Positions 18,342 through 27,872 of a DNA stretch of 64,000 nucleotides are shown in pieces. The notes under the pieces are model-generated. The model was not told the DNA's origin. It was given only the letters and a program-made list of their open reading frames with translations, and made no database searches. The position numbers were made by a program, and so were the translations under genes. The stretch's first letter is position 1. Every line of letters begins with the position of its first letter. The stretch is from a virus: IMG/VR virus record IMGVR_UViG_3300034107_000725, positions 1-64,000 of that record. One strand, written 5' to 3'.

Positions 18342-20144
18342 ATGCAAAAGAAGAGAACACTAGTCCCACGTTCCCGTGATTCAATCTTCCGACAGCTTGA
18401 GTCCGACAACGAAGTCAAAACATACACCTCAATGCGAGGTGACATGTCTATCAACCCAGCCTTGAAGGATGTTCGACATCTTAAGTTGAACAGCTACAAG
18501 AAGGGCAAAACGGTTATCCGTATTTGGCCCATGATGGCTCCAGAACAGCCCAGAGAGCGTTTGTTGAACGGACGACTGACGGACGAGGACGTCACTGGTC
18601 TAAGCGGCATGTCAATTTCAGAACCCGTTTTCTGCGTGCAGTACGCGGGTATAACAAAAAATCACGGCAACTTTTTGACAGATCCGAAGAAGGCGGAACC
18701 TTGCAGCTATATCATCGCTCGAAACAAGGACCATGTTGTGGAAGGTGTGGGCTTCTGGCAAGAGCCTTATGTCTTGCTGCAAGTCACGGCCAAACGAGCC
18801 ATGATGGCTGGAGAGTTTGCGGACGGACGGGCTTGGGATCCTCGTTGGAACAAGCTGCTGCCGCCCAATAACAATCCTGCAATCTCACCATTCAAGCAGA
18901 TGTATTTCGTAGTCTGCTCGGTCTACAACAACGGACCTAATCTGGACCTGGTTCGAGAGCACGAAGAGTATACGTCAGGCAGCAAAACGGTTAACAAGGA
19001 TCATCCAAGAGACGGTATCCCGCTAGGGGAAGCTCCGGGAGACCCGATGATTGTGATGCAAATTCCGATTTCAGCAGGAAAGTCCATACTCAAACTGGCC
19101 TGCACTAGAAAAGAAGACTGGGTAACAAACTCGAAAAATCCATCGGCAACTTTCAAGTATGGAGATCCTACTGGTATCTTCGATCCGACCACTAACACGG
19201 TTAAGGGTGGATTGTTTTTCACCCTGTTCAACCCGGAAGTGTGTAAGGAAAAATTTAAACACTGCACTAACAGTGAATCTCCTAGCGATAAGGGATTCCC
19301 TGGCTATGAGGCCGCAGTTACGACTATCTATGAAGGGCCAAACGGAAACCTGTCTGCCAATCTTGCAGAAGATCAGGTGAAGCACATACTAGAAAAACAT
19401 CTGTTTTTCTGGAAAGAAAGTGAGCAGGATCCGGCGGATTCTTATCTGCTGCATGAACCCAGCATTGAAGAGCGTTGTGTGATGCTGGCTAAAGCCTTTC
19501 ATCCTGTACCTAAACTGTTGGAGTTTGCCTGGCTTAGCAATCCAGAGTACTTAGACTTCGAATCGGTTCGTGGTATTCTCCGCAGCCGCACAACAGTTGC
19601 CGTAACAAAGCCAACACGGTTGGACGAACCTGAGGATGCATTTGAGGATGAAGACGATGATCAAGTTCTTCACCAGCAAAAGCGATTAGAATCTGCTGCG
19701 AAAGCCAAGCCCGCTGCTCCAATCAAACCTACCGCGAGTAACAAGTCTGCGGCGAGTCTGGTAGATGACTTTGACGAAGACGACGACGAGTTGGACGAGG
19801 ATGAGTTGGAAGATGATTTTGAGGAAGAAGAAGTCAAACCTAAAAGCAAAGCCAAGGCGGCACCAGCCAAGGCTAAACCAGCAAAGTCCAAACCAGTAGT
19901 CGAAGAAGAAGACGACGACGATCTGGAAGACGACGACCTGGAAGAAGACGACGATGATTTGGACGATGCGGACGAAGCAGTCGCATCTGAAGATTTTGAC
20001 GCGTTTGACGACGAAGTCGATAACTCTGACGCAGAAGACCAGCTCAACAACAGCTTGTCTAAGGCCAAGGCAATCTCTCGCAGTAGCAAGCGAGTGATTA
20101 CTCCCGAGCCGGTTAAACCTCCAACCAAGAGAAAAGCCAGATAA
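18342..20144 (+). CDS. Putative ssDNA-binding protein with very long acidic/Lys-Pro tail
   Basis: TVIRIWP near the N-terminus (gp32-like), D/E-rich C-terminal third, position between tmk and recA. Confidence 0.5.
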   Translation: MQKKRTLVPRSRDSIFRQLESDNEVKTYTSMRGDMSINPALKDVRHLKLNSYKKGKTVIRIWPMMAPEQPRERLLNGRLTDEDVTGLSGMSISEPVFCVQYAGITKNHGNFLTDPKKAEPCSYIIARNKDHVVEGVGFWQEPYVLLQVTAKRAMMAGEFADGRAWDPRWNKLLPPNNNPAISPFKQMYFVVCSVYNNGPNLDLVREHEEYTSGSKTVNKDHPRDGIPLGEAPGDPMIVMQIPISAGKSILKLACTRKEDWVTNSKNPSATFKYGDPTGIFDPTTNTVKGGLFFTLFNPEVCKEKFKHCTNSESPSDKGFPGYEAAVTTIYEGPNGNLSANLAEDQVKHILEKHLFFWKESEQDPADSYLLHEPSIEERCVMLAKAFHPVPKLLEFAWLSNPEYLDFESVRGILRSRTTVAVTKPTRLDEPEDAFEDEDDDQVLHQQKRLESAAKAKPAAPIKPTASNKSAASLVDDFDEDDDELDEDELEDDFEEEEVKPKSKAKAAPAKAKPAKSKPVVEEEDDDDLEDDDLEEDDDDLDDADEAVASEDFDAFDDEVDNSDAEDQLNNSLSKAKAISRSSKRVITPEPVKPPTKRKAR

Positions 20145-20165
20145 GGCAATTCAACAAGTTGTACG

Positions 20166-20197
20166 AACGAAGCTGGGTAGTTCCAGCTTCGTTTTTT
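20166..20197 (+). terminator. Rho-independent terminator
   Basis: aacgaagctgg/ccagcttcgtt stem followed by a T-run. Confidence 0.85.
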
Positions 20198-20223
20198 CAC
20201 GCACATCTAAGCAAGGTGAATTA

Positions 20224-20370
20224 ATGGCTAAAGTCAAAGATAAACCCAGGCTACGTGTATACTTGTGCAAAGAAGGCCGCGAAGAATTTACGCTGGAGGC
20301 GGTAGATTTAACGCAGGCAAAAGAGTACGCTGCACTGTACAATGCAGTCGTAATCTGTGAACTAAAGTAA
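20224..20370 (+). CDS. Small hypothetical protein (48 aa, below ORF-track cutoff)
   Basis: AAGGTG RBS, ATG 20224, MAKVKDKPRLRVYLCKEG...ICELK*; fills the gap before recA. Confidence 0.6.
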   Translation: MAKVKDKPRLRVYLCKEGREEFTLEAVDLTQAKEYAALYNAVVICELK

Positions 20371-20380
20371 GGAAGCCCGC

Positions 20381-21922
20381 ATGACTGATGAGCAACTTGA
20401 CGATACGACAAGAGAACTGATAGATCTGCTGAATTCTGCTCCAAAGCAGATTAAAGCACCTGTTCCGCCTAAGCCTAGTAAGCCAAAACCTCCGGCTAAG
20501 GCCAAGGGGAAAACTGAGACCAAACCTTCCGGCAAACCGGCAGCTAAGGTTCCTAAAAAACCCGTGGCAGTTAGCCCAAAAAAACCAGTTAACTCAGCTG
20601 AGCCAGTCAAGGCTTCAGCTGATTTCAAGCCTGGAGTGATGATTGATGACCGTAAGCTGACCAACAAAGGTAAGGAGTCACTGAGGTCTCGTTGGTCCGC
20701 AGAGGCCAGCGGAGAAAGCCGCGACGGTCTGATGACAGGATTGCGTGCTATTGCCCGGGATAAGTTTGGGGCTGAACGCGTGTTTGGTTCTCGGGCGGAT
20801 CTTGAGCAGCTTGCTATCGGTATTCCTATGCCGTCGCTGGCCTTGGAATACTTACTGGCTAACAACATATTTCCAGTCAACAGTTTGGTGATGCTGGCTG
20901 GAAGTTGGGGTTGTTGCAAGTCGGCACTGTCTTATGAGATCTTCCGCTGGTTTTACGAGCAAAGCGGTATGATCACACATATCGACACCGAAGATAAATT
21001 CGACGCTGACTTTGCTTGCGACATCATGCAGGTGCCGAGAAACTCTAATCCTTTCATGTCCAACCGGGCAAAATCTATTGAGCTGATGCAGGACATGCTT
21101 ACGTTCTATATCGGCGAAGCCAAGAAGGTGTTGAAAGGAACGAAAGAGGAACCAGGTCCTGGCAACTCTGTGCCTTGCTGCTTCTGTATCGACAGTTTGG
21201 CCGGTGCTTCATCTGAAGAGGTACAAGAGAAAATCTTGAAAGAAGGGCACGCCGGTAGATCCCACCCCGTTGGTGTGTTGAAAAACACCACGTATTTGAC
21301 GGGCATCAAGCCGATGTTTGAAAATTGGCCTTTTACTTTGTTGGTGGTAAACCACCTCAAAGAGAAGACCGACGACATGGGTAACACTCGTCAGTACACA
21401 CTTGGCGGGCAGAGCTACAATTTCCACGAGAGTTTTGAGCTGCGGAACTCTGTGTTCAAGCAGAGTTTCAAAAATACCGAGTGGGAAGGTATCGGGATTA
21501 GGATACAGTGTGCCAAGAATTCGTTCGGACCTACGGGTCGAGTGATCAAGACTCGATTCCTGTGGTGGTGTGAGGATGATCCGGAAACCGGAGAACCTAG
21601 AGATAGGTTTATGTGGGACTGGAATTGGTCTCTTATCACACTGCTACACGAGCTGGACGGTATGGCAAAGCAGCGATTGCTGGCAAGGGGTGTGAGGGTT
21701 GAGGTCAGATCGGCTAAAGCTGAGCTCGAGTGCTTGGCTAACGTGCGAGCGTTGGGCATGGGTAAAGATGAGTACCTACCTTTTCAGCAGGTAGGTCAGA
21801 TGATTCAGGATGACGAAGAAGTCAGTAAGCTGATTCGTGACGCTCTGAACATCAAACAACGTAGACAGCTGATCCGTCCGTATGACGAAATTGTCAACGA
21901 TTACCTAAAATCTGCGGAGTGA
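20381..21922 (+). CDS. recA: RecA/UvsX-like recombinase with Lys/Pro-rich N-terminal extension
   Basis: Variant Walker A GSWGCCKS, IDTE, Walker B CIDSLAG, VVNHL, LGG, CAKNSFG. Confidence 0.85.
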   Translation: MTDEQLDDTTRELIDLLNSAPKQIKAPVPPKPSKPKPPAKAKGKTETKPSGKPAAKVPKKPVAVSPKKPVNSAEPVKASADFKPGVMIDDRKLTNKGKESLRSRWSAEASGESRDGLMTGLRAIARDKFGAERVFGSRADLEQLAIGIPMPSLALEYLLANNIFPVNSLVMLAGSWGCCKSALSYEIFRWFYEQSGMITHIDTEDKFDADFACDIMQVPRNSNPFMSNRAKSIELMQDMLTFYIGEAKKVLKGTKEEPGPGNSVPCCFCIDSLAGASSEEVQEKILKEGHAGRSHPVGVLKNTTYLTGIKPMFENWPFTLLVVNHLKEKTDDMGNTRQYTLGGQSYNFHESFELRNSVFKQSFKNTEWEGIGIRIQCAKNSFGPTGRVIKTRFLWWCEDDPETGEPRDRFMWDWNWSLITLLHELDGMAKQRLLARGVRVEVRSAKAELECLANVRALGMGKDEYLPFQQVGQMIQDDEEVSKLIRDALNIKQRRQLIRPYDEIVNDYLKSAE

Positions 21923-21925
21923 TGC

Positions 21926-22486
21926 ATGGATCGTGTAAATCCGCTAAATCCGCTACTGGGTAAAATTGAAAAATTTGAACAGTCGGATTTTCAGCTCAAG
22001 CAGTGGGAGTCCAGTCGTGTTGAATGGACACTACGACGACTAAAACTGGAACGACAGCGTAAAGAAATACTGTCCGAGTCGGTCGGCGGCAAGTATACTT
22101 TTGCTGAGTTCAACAGAGTAGTAGACTTCCCGATGTACCTGGCAGCAGAGCCGATGATTGGAACACCTCCAATACATCGAGATCCGCACTCAATTCACCC
22201 CATGTGGTTCAAGTCGTTTTGTAGCTTGCCATTCGTCAAGCTCTACGAAGAGAAACTTGAAGCCTGGTTCAGCGGTAAGCGAGATCGTCCGCTGGGAATG
22301 GTCTTTCCAAGGAAAGGCTTTTTGCACGGGTTGATTCTACACAACGGTGATTTGGAGAGGTTCATAGCTCCACAATCCAGCTGTCATGTGTTTAAAGGCG
22401 GCAAGAAGCACATGATGAACTTGATCGTACAACCCTATACGGGGTTTATCGATAACTTGAAGGGTGACTTTTCGGAAAGTCACTGA
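21926..22486 (+). CDS. Hypothetical protein
   Basis: 186-aa ORF directly after recA. Confidence 0.7.
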   Translation: MDRVNPLNPLLGKIEKFEQSDFQLKQWESSRVEWTLRRLKLERQRKEILSESVGGKYTFAEFNRVVDFPMYLAAEPMIGTPPIHRDPHSIHPMWFKSFCSLPFVKLYEEKLEAWFSGKRDRPLGMVFPRKGFLHGLILHNGDLERFIAPQSSCHVFKGGKKHMMNLIVQPYTGFIDNLKGDFSESH

Positions 22487-22490
22487 GTCT

Positions 22491-22504
22491 AAAATACGGA
22501 ATTG
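22491..22504 (+). promoter_or_regulatory. Repeated motif copy AAAATACGGAATTG
   Basis: Intergenic, immediately upstream of the RBS; same motif at 28338, 41089, 58475. Confidence 0.65.
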
Positions 22505-22517
22505 AAAGAAGGTAGTG

Positions 22518-23465
22518 ATGTCCACAACAACTGAATTGGATATAAAGGCACGGGAAATCATCTTTAAAGAGATGGACCCAGTCACGCAGGTTGCAGCTGA
22601 ACAGGGTATTGCAAAAGTTGGGCTGGGTCAAAAGGCAGCCATAATGGTGCTCTATGACCTGGGTCTGTTGGTAGACTCCGTGCTTAAGACAACACACTTG
22701 AGCGAAGCTCAGAAGGCTCAGGAGATCAAGAAACTTTCAGCGTATTGGGGTCAGTCCGAGTGGGACTCCAGCACACTGTACAATCTGCGGAATGTGTCTG
22801 TAGCATTTGACCGCGACTTCCTGAAAGATCAGATGGAAGAGCGGATGACCAACGGGCGGTACTTGAGTTGGTCTCACTTCAAGGAACTTCAAAAGTTACC
22901 TGTGAAGGCTCAGATGGCAAAACTTAAGCAGATTCGCCAGCACTGTTGGAGTGCTAAAGAATTGGCTCAAGATATTCAAGGACGGCAGGAGTCAGAGATT
23001 CGCAGGACAGGCGGACGAAAGCCCGCACTTCCAAAGACACCAACAGCGATGTTGCAGAAGATCTTCACCTCGGTGCAGATGACGGACAACTACCTCATGG
23101 CAATTTCTGAGCCCTTAGGTGGGCTGTTCCTGGAGATGTCTCCACAGGATTTGAATGAGCAGTTTGTTGAGCACATCGATAGTACGCTGGCTCGGATGGC
23201 AGAGACGCAAAAACACATCACAGAAACGACTGAGAGTCTCGAGAAGGTTAGAACGCGAGCTCAATCTGTGTTACAGCAGGGCGGCAAGGCGGTGGCGGCC
23301 AAGCGATCACCCGACGCGTTGATTGCGGAAGTGCTGGACGAGGTAGACGAGGTAGACGAGGTAGAAGACGACGACGTGGACGAGGTGATTGAAGCGGCTC
23401 TAGCCAAGTCGACAGTCGAAGTCGGACGCAAGTTTACTAAAAGAACAACAAAAACAATTGCCTGA
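22518..23465 (+). CDS. DUF1016 N-terminal-like (LSWSH) putative DNA-binding protein
   Basis: YLSWSHFKELQ...WSAKELAQDI resembles the YhcG/DUF1016_N motif; acidic tail with (gacgaggta)x3 at 23337-23363. Confidence 0.5.
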   Translation: MSTTTELDIKAREIIFKEMDPVTQVAAEQGIAKVGLGQKAAIMVLYDLGLLVDSVLKTTHLSEAQKAQEIKKLSAYWGQSEWDSSTLYNLRNVSVAFDRDFLKDQMEERMTNGRYLSWSHFKELQKLPVKAQMAKLKQIRQHCWSAKELAQDIQGRQESEIRRTGGRKPALPKTPTAMLQKIFTSVQMTDNYLMAISEPLGGLFLEMSPQDLNEQFVEHIDSTLARMAETQKHITETTESLEKVRTRAQSVLQQGGKAVAAKRSPDALIAEVLDEVDEVDEVEDDDVDEVIEAALAKSTVEVGRKFTKRTTKTIA

Positions 23466-23496
23466 TACCGGCTGGGTTTGCGGTACCGGGTAACTA

Positions 23497-23537
23497 GGCT
23501 GTAATCGGTTCTCACGAACTGATTACAGCTTTTTTTT
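23497..23537 (+). terminator. Rho-independent terminator
   Basis: ggctgtaatcggttc-tcac-gaactgattacagct 15-bp stem (G-U pairs) plus T8. Confidence 0.9.
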
Positions 23538-23561
23538 ACCTGTCACGTGAAAGGTGAAACC

Positions 23562-24374
23562 ATGTTCTCAGTATGTGCGATGTTCTACGGCGACTACCCG
23601 GCATTGGCTAACCGACTGCTGCTCTCGTTGGAGCAGCATGATTACGTTCAAGACTTTCGTTTTGGGCTTAATCAGGTAAGTGATGACACACGAAAATGTG
23701 TTGAAGACTGGGCGGTACGAAATATGACGCGACAGCCCGTCTATCTATACGAAGACTCAAAAGGTACAAACCTGGGCAAGTACCCGCTCATGCGGGCAAT
23801 GTTCAGGGATAGACCTTTGGGTCGAGACATCATGTGGTTTGATGACGATAGTTATCTTGACGCCTGTGTGACCGGCGACTGGTGGCTCAAGGTACGGGAA
23901 TTGATGGAGTCATTTACGCAGGTTGGGGCTTTGCATCGGATAAACCAACAAGGCAAGCAGCACAACGCAATACGGCAACAAAGCTGGTTCAACGATAAAC
24001 CAGTGCATGAACGCCACACGTATTTGTTTGCCACTGGCGGTTGGTGGGCAGCCAACTCTGCCTTCTTGCTGGAATGGGACTATCCGTTTCCAGCGTTGTA
24101 TCACAACGGTGGTGACTCCATTCTGGGAGAATTGCTACGACAACAGGACAAAAAAATCCACAACTTTGCAGAGGGTATTCAGTGCCACTGCGAAAGTTGT
24201 CAAAGGCGGGGCATTGCACAGGACAAGCCAGTGGTTCATATTAATGTCGGCGGTCGAGCAGGTCGCCGCGGCATTGGTGTGACAGGTGAAAACTATGTCT
24301 GGCGAGACGGTAATCCGCAACCGGCGTTACAGCATCAACGATTTGAATTGAAGGTGTGTCGCTATGCAGTTTAA
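23562..24374 (+). CDS. GT-A fold glycosyltransferase-like protein
   Basis: NLGKYP...IMWFDDDS (DxD), ATGGWWA, HNGGD; AAGGTG RBS favours ATG 23562. Confidence 0.6.
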   Translation: MFSVCAMFYGDYPALANRLLLSLEQHDYVQDFRFGLNQVSDDTRKCVEDWAVRNMTRQPVYLYEDSKGTNLGKYPLMRAMFRDRPLGRDIMWFDDDSYLDACVTGDWWLKVRELMESFTQVGALHRINQQGKQHNAIRQQSWFNDKPVHERHTYLFATGGWWAANSAFLLEWDYPFPALYHNGGDSILGELLRQQDKKIHNFAEGIQCHCESCQRRGIAQDKPVVHINVGGRAGRRGIGVTGENYVWRDGNPQPALQHQRFELKVCRYAV

Positions 24375-24756
24375 GTACGAGCCGTTTGACGTAGAATTTT
24401 ACCTGAAACAGAAGGTTCAACCGATCTTTCTGATTTCAGAACTAAAACCGGCTACCAACTACTACACGTTACAAAATCCGTATACCGGAGAGTTCGCAGT
24501 TACTACAAGTAACAGTGAAGCAGTTCGCGTGCCTGTTTTTGGTGTCACAGCAAGGTCTGACGACCTTACCATGACGCACGGTAGTTTACTGACAATTATG
24601 GGTGTAGAATCGGCGGCCAAGTTCATAAGTCAACTACCGTTACGAACAACATCGATTACGTGTTTGCGTATGTTCGTATCTAAAACTTGCCACGAACTAC
24701 CTGACGGTAGTTTTCGAGCCTACTTCGGGCTTGTGGTTGAAGCAGATTCTAGATAA
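24364..24756 (+). CDS. Hypothetical protein
   Basis: 130-aa ORF overlapping the previous stop. Confidence 0.65.
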   Translation: MQFKYEPFDVEFYLKQKVQPIFLISELKPATNYYTLQNPYTGEFAVTTSNSEAVRVPVFGVTARSDDLTMTHGSLLTIMGVESAAKFISQLPLRTTSITCLRMFVSKTCHELPDGSFRAYFGLVVEADSR

Positions 24757-24774
24757 CTATTCAAGGAGAGCAGT

Positions 24775-25326
24775 ATGAGTGCACCTAACTGGAGCGAGAT
24801 GCAACCTGATGACGGATACTTCGCAAAACTTCACGTGATTGGCGAAGTCCGAGCTTGGTTGGTTTTGGGTGTATCCGAAGGCGGAAAAATACGCCAGATC
24901 AAAGATGTTGCCGTAGTACATTGGCCATCTCTTGAGCAGATTGGCGATCTACGTAGACAACTGATCGTGTTAAAGGCTGTGGCTGAATATCTAAATGCAG
25001 GCGGCAATCCGGACGAACTGCAAAAAATGGTCATAGGTATCGACGAAACGCTGTGGTTACACGGTTGGAGCTACTTCAACAGTGGAATCACGTCAGACGG
25101 TTCTCAGGTGCACGAATACGTCGATGTGTCAGGGAAACGCTTTGTCCGCTGGGTTCGTAACGAATTTATCGACATCGATTTGACACTGGAGCAGATTGCA
25201 GATGACAACACCGCCTACACCAGAGCATCCGCCGATACCGTCGATAAACATCGAATCGGTATTGGCTCGGAGGGACAAGATGGTGACGGCCCTGGCGGAG
25301 TATCTGGGGCAGGATTTGCAGGGTGA
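24775..25326 (+). CDS. Hypothetical protein
   Basis: AAGGAG RBS; the 3' end overlaps the next ORF. Confidence 0.6.
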   Translation: MSAPNWSEMQPDDGYFAKLHVIGEVRAWLVLGVSEGGKIRQIKDVAVVHWPSLEQIGDLRRQLIVLKAVAEYLNAGGNPDELQKMVIGIDETLWLHGWSYFNSGITSDGSQVHEYVDVSGKRFVRWVRNEFIDIDLTLEQIADDNTAYTRASADTVDKHRIGIGSEGQDGDGPGGVSGAGFAG

Positions 25327-26122
25327 CACGTTTTTCTTGTTTGTTGACGCACTTCAAAGGGCGTTGCCAAATGGGATTTCCAGGATTACCGTGCACAACA
25401 GTGTTAAACATTTACTCAAAAAGGAACTGACTCATCAGTTGCTTTCTGATACTTGTTGGAGACTGGCTGGCAATATCAATAGTCTTGTTGCGGCTAAACC
25501 TGTAGCCAAGTGGACGCGACAAGACCACTTTGAATGGATTCCAGTGCAAGTCTCTGAAATCCAGACAATCAAAAAGCATGGTCAACTCATGCATGACATC
25601 ACAGTCCGTGGCTTGGCGGGTTCAGTAGCTCCGGGTTATCTGACTCAGACCTGGTCTTTGAAAAAAACAAGCTATCTGGCTGTGTACCGCAACGAAAAAG
25701 GCTTGGGGTTTGGTTTTGGACGTTCCCGCATCAACGGTAGGGGCGAACAAACGGGCCGCAGTCTTTTTAACGACATCCGACAATTTTACGGTTTGAGGTT
25801 CTACCTCTTACTGGACCCGAAGCGATCGCAGACAGATCCTGTAGCGATAGAGGTAGGTCACACAACAGCCACAATGAACTATAATAAACGGCTCATTGTG
25901 GCTCGAGATCGTACTCGAACATCCTGCCTAAGGGGTTTACCTGATACGCAGGAATGTTATCATTGCCCCTACGGTACGGATAAATGTGTGCTAGCAACGC
26001 ACCCTAAGACGTATACAATTGCTAAATGCTCTCGCTGCTGTAAGCCAGGATTCTTTGATCCAACAGAGCAAGAGTATTCCAAGATGTGCGTCAACTGTGT
26101 GTTCGCGGAAAGGAAAAAATGA
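25196..26122 (+). CDS. Hypothetical protein with C-terminal Cys clusters
   Basis: C-terminal CYHC, CSRC, CVNC; start uncertain (25196/25202 or 25280). Confidence 0.7.
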   Translation: MQMTTPPTPEHPPIPSINIESVLARRDKMVTALAEYLGQDLQGDTFFLFVDALQRALPNGISRITVHNSVKHLLKKELTHQLLSDTCWRLAGNINSLVAAKPVAKWTRQDHFEWIPVQVSEIQTIKKHGQLMHDITVRGLAGSVAPGYLTQTWSLKKTSYLAVYRNEKGLGFGFGRSRINGRGEQTGRSLFNDIRQFYGLRFYLLLDPKRSQTDPVAIEVGHTTATMNYNKRLIVARDRTRTSCLRGLPDTQECYHCPYGTDKCVLATHPKTYTIAKCSRCCKPGFFDPTEQEYSKMCVNCVFAERKK

Positions 26123-26637
26123 CTATACAAGCTCGCATGGCCGCGGAGGATCCACGGCTATATAACCCAAGTCGAGACGTAGCCCATAACTTTCAAAAAG
26201 TGATGGAGCTAGTTGCCGGGCGTCTGGAAGATAACGCCTGGCCGGAGCTTGACGAGATACTAAAGAGAGAAGGTGTCACCCTAGACGATTTAGGTGAGGC
26301 TTGCGGAGCATACTGCAAGTACTTAACGGTTGCGGTCACAGCTCCAGAAATGTCTATGCATGCAGGTATGGAGCTATCCGGATTTTTTGACTGCAAACCG
26401 GCAGCACAGGTTGCTATTCTGGCTATGATTGGCACTTGCTATGCCGGGATACAGTTTGGTGGAATCCGAGAAGCGACCATAGGTGGAAAAGGGCCAATGG
26501 AAACTGTCGGGGACGTAATCAAACACGCGGAACAGTTTCAAGCCTACGTGGGAATACCCCGCTGGCGACGCAGACTTATTCGCACAAAAGCCCGGATAAT
26601 AAAGGCCGTTCAGATTTTACGAAATTCGTCAAACTGA
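26119..26637 (+). CDS. Hypothetical protein
   Basis: ATGA overlap with the previous stop supports start 26119. Confidence 0.7.
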   Translation: MTIQARMAAEDPRLYNPSRDVAHNFQKVMELVAGRLEDNAWPELDEILKREGVTLDDLGEACGAYCKYLTVAVTAPEMSMHAGMELSGFFDCKPAAQVAILAMIGTCYAGIQFGGIREATIGGKGPMETVGDVIKHAEQFQAYVGIPRWRRRLIRTKARIIKAVQILRNSSN

Positions 26638-26644
26638 GGCTGGA

Positions 26645-26890
26645 GTGAATATGGAAAGCGAGCAATCAAGTCTGGACGTGGTGTTATCAGCTCTAAAGGA
26701 GTTTATACCCAACTACGTCGGACCGGGAGCTGTCTGTTTCTATAGAGATTCACCGTCTGGAAGTTGGAAGGAAGCCATCTTCCACAAGTGGATTGAACCC
26801 GGCTATTCGCCAAAGGCAATAGTGCACGATAAAATCACAGGAAAATGCTTCCTGCACATGATGCCCGACCTGAGATTTAGAAAGCCTTAA
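26645..26890 (+). CDS. Small hypothetical protein
   Basis: GGAG RBS; tight packing. Confidence 0.55.
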   Translation: MNMESEQSSLDVVLSALKEFIPNYVGPGAVCFYRDSPSGSWKEAIFHKWIEPGYSPKAIVHDKITGKCFLHMMPDLRFRKP

Positions 26891-26891
26891 C

Positions 26892-27863
26892 GTGATCATC
26901 AATGATTGGGATCCGGCGTTTACCTCAAAATACGGACATCAGTTTCCGGATTCCTATCTTTGCTTTGACACGGAATTCACAGGAAGTGACGAACGTAACG
27001 ACTTGATTGTCGAGATCGGCCACACGATGGTCGAGAACGGCAAGGTTGTTGATAAACTTAACCTGGTGCTCAACTGGTATGCCCACCCGGACATCCAGGA
27101 CACCTGGCTAACCTATAAGCTCAACAACATGCGGTCAATTGTTGGGCCTAACTGGCGACTGACTCCTGAGGTAGTTGCCAAGGAAGGTATGGACCCGTTG
27201 CAGGCCTTACGGTTTTACCAAAAACTGTTTGCCGTGTGGAAGAAACGGGATTTACCTTTTGTAGCTCAAAATGGTCAGACCGCAGATGAACGGCTCTTGC
27301 GGGGAAACTTTGACAGGTTTCTCCACAAGAGTTTTGAGCTACCGCCGAACGGGTATTTTGATACGGGTGGCATCTTTAAGGCAACACAGATATGGGAAGC
27401 CACAGATGGAAATCTGGCGAACTTTCGAGTTGTCATGATGCCTCACCGTACGGATACGCTAAAAAGCTACTTTCATAGGGTAATTCATACCAGGATTGCG
27501 GGGGTAAAGTGGTCTTTACCTGCGATCCTGGAACATTACAACTTGATTGAAAAGCACAACGCAGACATGTCTCAGCACCACAACGCGGGCTTCGATTCCA
27601 TGTGCCTTCACTGGATTATGGAAGAGTATCGTAGCCACATACGCCCAAGGCCTGAGACAGATCTGGCTTCGACGGAAGACTACTTGTCTCCGGCGATGTT
27701 CCAACGAGTCTTTGAAAAAGAAATGGCAGATTACGAGCAGGAGAAAGAACAAGCCAAGCAACACAAGTTGCAAGGTAATCCGACTGCTCCGGTTCCTGCT
27801 ACTCGAACTAAACCTGCTTTGTCGCAGTCCAACCGACCACGACGAAGACAACGCCCTATCTAA
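26892..27863 (+). CDS. DEDDh 3'-5' exonuclease (DnaQ-like)
   Basis: CFDTEFTG (Exo I), AQNG..AD (Exo II), HNAGFDS (Exo III). Confidence 0.8.
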   Translation: MIINDWDPAFTSKYGHQFPDSYLCFDTEFTGSDERNDLIVEIGHTMVENGKVVDKLNLVLNWYAHPDIQDTWLTYKLNNMRSIVGPNWRLTPEVVAKEGMDPLQALRFYQKLFAVWKKRDLPFVAQNGQTADERLLRGNFDRFLHKSFELPPNGYFDTGGIFKATQIWEATDGNLANFRVVMMPHRTDTLKSYFHRVIHTRIAGVKWSLPAILEHYNLIEKHNADMSQHHNAGFDSMCLHWIMEEYRSHIRPRPETDLASTEDYLSPAMFQRVFEKEMADYEQEKEQAKQHKLQGNPTAPVPATRTKPALSQSNRPRRRQRPI

Positions 27864-27872
27864 AGGAAGTAC

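Noticed and set aside
19670-20206. Poly-Ser minus-strand ORF
   Set aside because: Antisense shadow of the GAC/GAA acidic tail of the SSB-like gene.
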